From: Enoplolaimus lenunculus
Lineage: Eukaryota
Length of the DNA: 64,000 bases
Direction of reading: 5' to 3'
NCBI GenBank assembly: GCA_030248215.1
Contig: JASANG010003984.1
Span: forward strand, 372,001-436,000
Shown here: piece by piece, positions 61,079-64,000 of the stretch
How positions within the stretch are numbered: the first letter of the stretch is position 1
Layout of the letters: each line of letters opens with the position of its first letter
Made by a program: the position numbers and the translations under genes
Notes under the pieces: model-generated
Databases searched by the model: none
The model's input: only the letters and a program-made list of their open reading frames with translations
Told to the model about the DNA's origin: nothing

Positions 61079-64000
61079 GTTTTTATAGATTCATTGCCGA
61101 ACTATATAGCCAGCGTGTAATTATTGATGCGATAATTGCGTCGTGTATCAACAGTTTGTTGTTGCATTTGTTAAACACAACAGCAATTGAACTGATGTGC
61201 GTATTGCTAACAACTGCAGGTCGCCAGTATTGCGATGAGAATGAAGTAGGTTGTAATCGTTTTGTTAGATTTTGTTTCCGTTATTTTCAACGTGTGTGTA
61301 GCATCGTCGGCTGATAGGTGGATTTTGAAATTGCCAATTTGATGGCTTGGCATTTTATTCTCCATTTTGTAATCGGGTCTTTGATTTTGTAATGTAATAC
61401 TGAAGAATGAATTTTTAGTTTTTTAAATTTTTGCTTCTAAAACTCAGCTACGTATAAAAGATTTTAATGATATTAGCAACACTTAAAACTCGTCTATTAT
61501 ATATTCGTTTCCAAGTGGGGGCAAGCGAAGTGGCGACTCAGGGTGGTGTTTTCCATATTGTATGCTACCAAATTAGAAGGTACTCGAAAGAAAATTTGGG
61601 AATTAGTAAACAGTATATTTATAGGAAAATGCAACAATGATTAACGCTGTATGTGATACATTGGAACTGTTGGTTATACATCAACAATTGTGCGCACGAC
61701 TCAGATTCAAAATCGATGATTTGATTGAGTTGAAAGAGGTACGTAGGTATTTTGATAAAAAATTAATTATGACATCTGTTCCGATAAATGAATGTACGCT
61801 AATTTTTATCGATTTTTAGCTCTCATTTGATATTTCAGGGTCTCAGATTCATTTTTTCCGCACTAATGCGGCTAATTTTTAAACGACAACGATAGAGCGT
61901 AGTATGTTTCAAACTGCCATGCATATTTAATAATTGGAACGTTTTCAGTATAAACTGACGTTGGAATAAATGCTGTGGCACAGCACATAAAGTGCACTCC
62001 GGAGATAAAAGGGACATCACATAGCCAAAATCTAGAAAAGACATGTTACGAGTTCGACATTAGTTTATGGGAAGCAGAAAATAATTTAGTTTCGTATAAT
62101 GAACTGTCTGCTAATATTTAATGTCAAACGTTTTCTGTTGTAGAACAACTGGATTCCTAGACGTACGCTTAATCGGCCAAAGACTTTAGAAGAAATTCAC
62201 AAAGAGTACAAATTTGAACATGCAATGGCTGACGCTGATTGCAATGGTAACATTGCTTCACTTGTGATGATGATGATGATAGCCCTCTTTGAAGCTTCCT
62301 TCCTATATTTGGTATCCCAGATGCTTGGGTGGAAAGTGTTTTTATATTATAATTCATATTATTATGTTGTATTAAACTGCGCTGAATATGTTTTGCCAAC
62401 CAGGGCCGCAAGTCGATTTTTCGTAAGAGACATGGTATATGCTATTCCAATTTTTGCATATGATGAAAAAAACTAGAATGTAGTTTTGTTTGAGATTCAG
62501 TTATTCTTTAGTCTTTTTTAAATGTTGTAGGGCATGTGACAGAACTCGAAACGACCAAACCGCCAAACATTCTAGTGCCTCCAGGATTTTCACTTCAGGT
62601 AAGAAATTTTTGTGCTAATTCAAACTGATACATATAGGTAGTTAATAAATACTGGCAAACTAAAATGAAAATCCGAATAAAATAAAATGCCTTCCTCGGT
62701 TATTATGCAGTCGGGTTTAAACATCTTTACTATGTGAGCTCACAGTAACTCTCGTAGACGAGGTGACTTTATGATTTTGGCACGAGATTAGCTATGGCAA
62801 TCAGAAGTTAGGGATCTGTTTAGCTTCGCATCAAAGGATTACAAGGCTTGTATAAAATTACTAGACATTAAATGCAGGCGTGGTGAAGTGAACTTTGTAG
62901 TCTGGTCATTTTAAGGTTAGTCTTTCTCTCTGTACCTTTCTGTCTACCGACGTTTGAAATAATTTGGTTGGAAAAATGCTAAAATGGTTAGGTAGTGTGG
63001 TAGTGTTACGTTCGTAAACAATACTTTCAGTATAGTAATACTGAGGTTCTGCTGCAATGATTGTCTTGTGTTTTGTTATTTTTAGGACGTTGCACCATTT
63101 ATATCAAAGAAGACTAACGTCAGGTTAAAACAACTTCCTGCTTCAGTAACTTCCAATGCGACAAAAATTTTGTTAGCGCCGGGTAACGCGAATTCCGAAC
63201 AAGAACCGCCATTTGGTGACGCGAAGCTATCACGGGATCGAAGCAGTAGCAAAGAAAGCGAGCTGAGTGGCACTAGCAATGTGTCATTAGTTGAAATTCA
63301 TCAAATTGAAGATAGGTTCGGTTCAATGGCCGTAGGCGGATCTCTAGCGATGCCGACTGATGATTGTGGAATTCGTGGAGATGGAGAAGCTGTGCTGCTT
63401 AAACCGGTTAAGTTTCAGCCAAGTAAGTACCAGTAGTTTGATGTTGTTAAAATGGTATATTTTAGTATTTTTCGGGCGTTGAAGTTGTTACGCTGTGGTG
63501 GGCCGTCGTACTAGCTGAGTTCGAAAGCATGAAATAAGTTCGACTTTGAAATATTCTGTTGATTTTATAAAAATTCTGTAGTTAGGGATTATGTGGAAGT
63601 TTTGTTTCAACAGTTACGATGTATTATAAATAATCTATTGCAGCTGAAATTCCAATAATTTTGAGCATCCAGTTGTAGTTCTGCTGCGGGTTAGGTGAAT
63701 TGAATAGCGGATAAAAAAATAGCAAAACTGATTGATTACTAAGCTTGTGTCGATTTTTCGCATTAAGGATTTTTCATAGTACAACTTGCGTATGCAATGT
63801 CTCTCTTTTCACATGCCTGTTATGTATTTGGTGCAAAAATTGCACAACCTAATCGGGACAGGTCTGTAAATTAATTTTGAAGTTGTTAAAGACAAGAATC
63901 GACTAAAGAACGTTCAAGGATGAATTCAGAACGTGCCTAATGTGTACCATGATGGTAATTTTGTTTTAGATGTAGAACACCATATATCAGACAAGGCCAA
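28032..64000 (+). CDS. TTC3: TTC3/DZIP3-like TPR protein (E3 ligase family) with two MIF4G domains; 3' end (expected RING) lies beyond the window
   Basis: Phase-consistent exons include 28032-28121, 29128-29221, 30838-31015, 32081-32246, 32741-32799, a TPR-like exon at about 35869-36010, TPR exons at 48182-49811 and 50306-51327. The segment CRNAAC..MYASDPDFQGYIRLTCDENCKVDFHPDCWK..CFTPDCVG matches the TTC3/DZIP3 Cys-rich domain, and the exon at about 55840-56022 (GDIKNVLTSFRTPFLVEDNYVCM) resembles the TTC3 winged-helix region. Some linking exons are unresolved. Confidence 0.8.
28283..28883. mobile_element. PIF/Harbinger-like MITE
   Basis: aagtcctattcacgtgc ... gcacgtatgaatagggctt; homologous to 3794-4092. 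Confidence 0.6.
33530..34250 (+). mobile_element. Helentron/HINE-like internal tandem repeats
   Basis: Repeated gggttttgggtgcgagaaatct..aaacctccaaaaccgata..tagttagctaatag units. Confidence 0.7.
41242..44748 (+). CDS. MIF4G (eIF4G middle/HEAT) domain 1, 5 exons, inside the TTC3-like gene
   Basis: Exons 41242-41454, 41953-42084, 42534-42616, 43102-43258, 44635-44748. They encode VRALLNKLKPSNF, KAIEEPNFCQIYARL, FRNFLLFMCQSEFE, RALGNMSFIGELYK, LECLCKLLTIIGK and SPRIKFMIQDLLE, which are eIF4G MIF4G signatures. Confidence 0.9.
43521..44419 (+). mobile_element. Helentron-associated (HINE/DINE-1-like) non-autonomous element with internal tandem repeats
   Basis: Subterminal IR agcgaagc / gcttcgct, (GTCC/GTCT)n microsatellite at about 43566-43590, and internal repeats of about 155-175 bp. 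Other copies at about 29270-29560, 33530-34250 and 57420-58322 (minus). Confidence 0.7.
47445..47607. mobile_element. Small Harbinger-like MITE
   Basis: tta-gggtggcgctatac ... gtatagcgccactc-taa. Confidence 0.65.
48182..51327 (+). CDS. TTC3: TPR repeats plus TTC3/DZIP3 Cys-rich domain exons
   Basis: YDKAIECYQDALELL, FEEARNLL, LIYLGFGRLEHRLNLFEDALNYLNAA, SDPDFQGYIRLTC..C..DFHPDCWK, CFTPDCVG. Confidence 0.85.
57420..58322 (-). mobile_element. Helentron/HINE-like copy (reverse)
   Basis: Reverse complement of the 43521 element (ggacggacatccacttttcgaccc); interrupted by a piggyBac MITE. Confidence 0.7.
57674..57933 (-). mobile_element. piggyBac-like MITE nested in a Helentron-like element
   Basis: TTAA-ccctttctcacat...atgtgagaagggg-TTAA. 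Confidence 0.85.
58614..62220 (+). CDS. MIF4G domain 2 (more divergent), with eIF4G-like downstream flank
   Basis: Exons 58614-58826, 59228-59347, 59733-59818, 61089-61245, 61625-61738, 62144 onward. They encode VRLVLNQLTPTNFSQL, RAVNEPLYCMIYVQLC, FRSALLNKCQRE, FIAELY, IELMCVLLTTAG, RLRFKIDDLIEL and NNWIPRR..PKTLEEIHKE. Confidence 0.85.
61035..61078. repeat. (GATA)n microsatellite just before a splice acceptor
   Basis: About 11 AGAT units upstream of exon 61089. Confidence 0.95.

Overview
AT-rich, intron-rich animal genomic DNA (invertebrate; a tunicate is my guess from repeat style and gene content, not shown directly). I reconstructed three spliced genes by hand from GT-AG junctions and phase matching. 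(1) Minus strand, 16251..6575, 11 exons, 591 aa: a type I membrane protein with a signal peptide, an Asn/Arg-rich low-complexity region, a C2/MNNL-like domain, an expanded 8-Cys DSL-like domain, no EGF repeats, one TM helix and a tail ending RVCV, i.e. a highly divergent Delta/Jagged-like protein. (2) Plus strand IPMK-type inositol polyphosphate kinase, about 21282..26174. (3) A large plus-strand TTC3/DZIP3-like gene from 28032 running off the window end. It appears to carry two complete eIF4G-type MIF4G domains with matching exon structure, the first flanked by an array of duplicated exons. Introns and intergenic DNA are packed with non-autonomous DNA transposons: 2-bp-TSD CACT-ended MITEs, TA-TSD MITEs, TTAGGC-repeat MITEs with 8-bp TSDs, piggyBac, Harbinger and Helentron/HINE-like elements. 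Minisatellites are also present. I saw no CRISPR array, rRNA gene or autonomous transposase.
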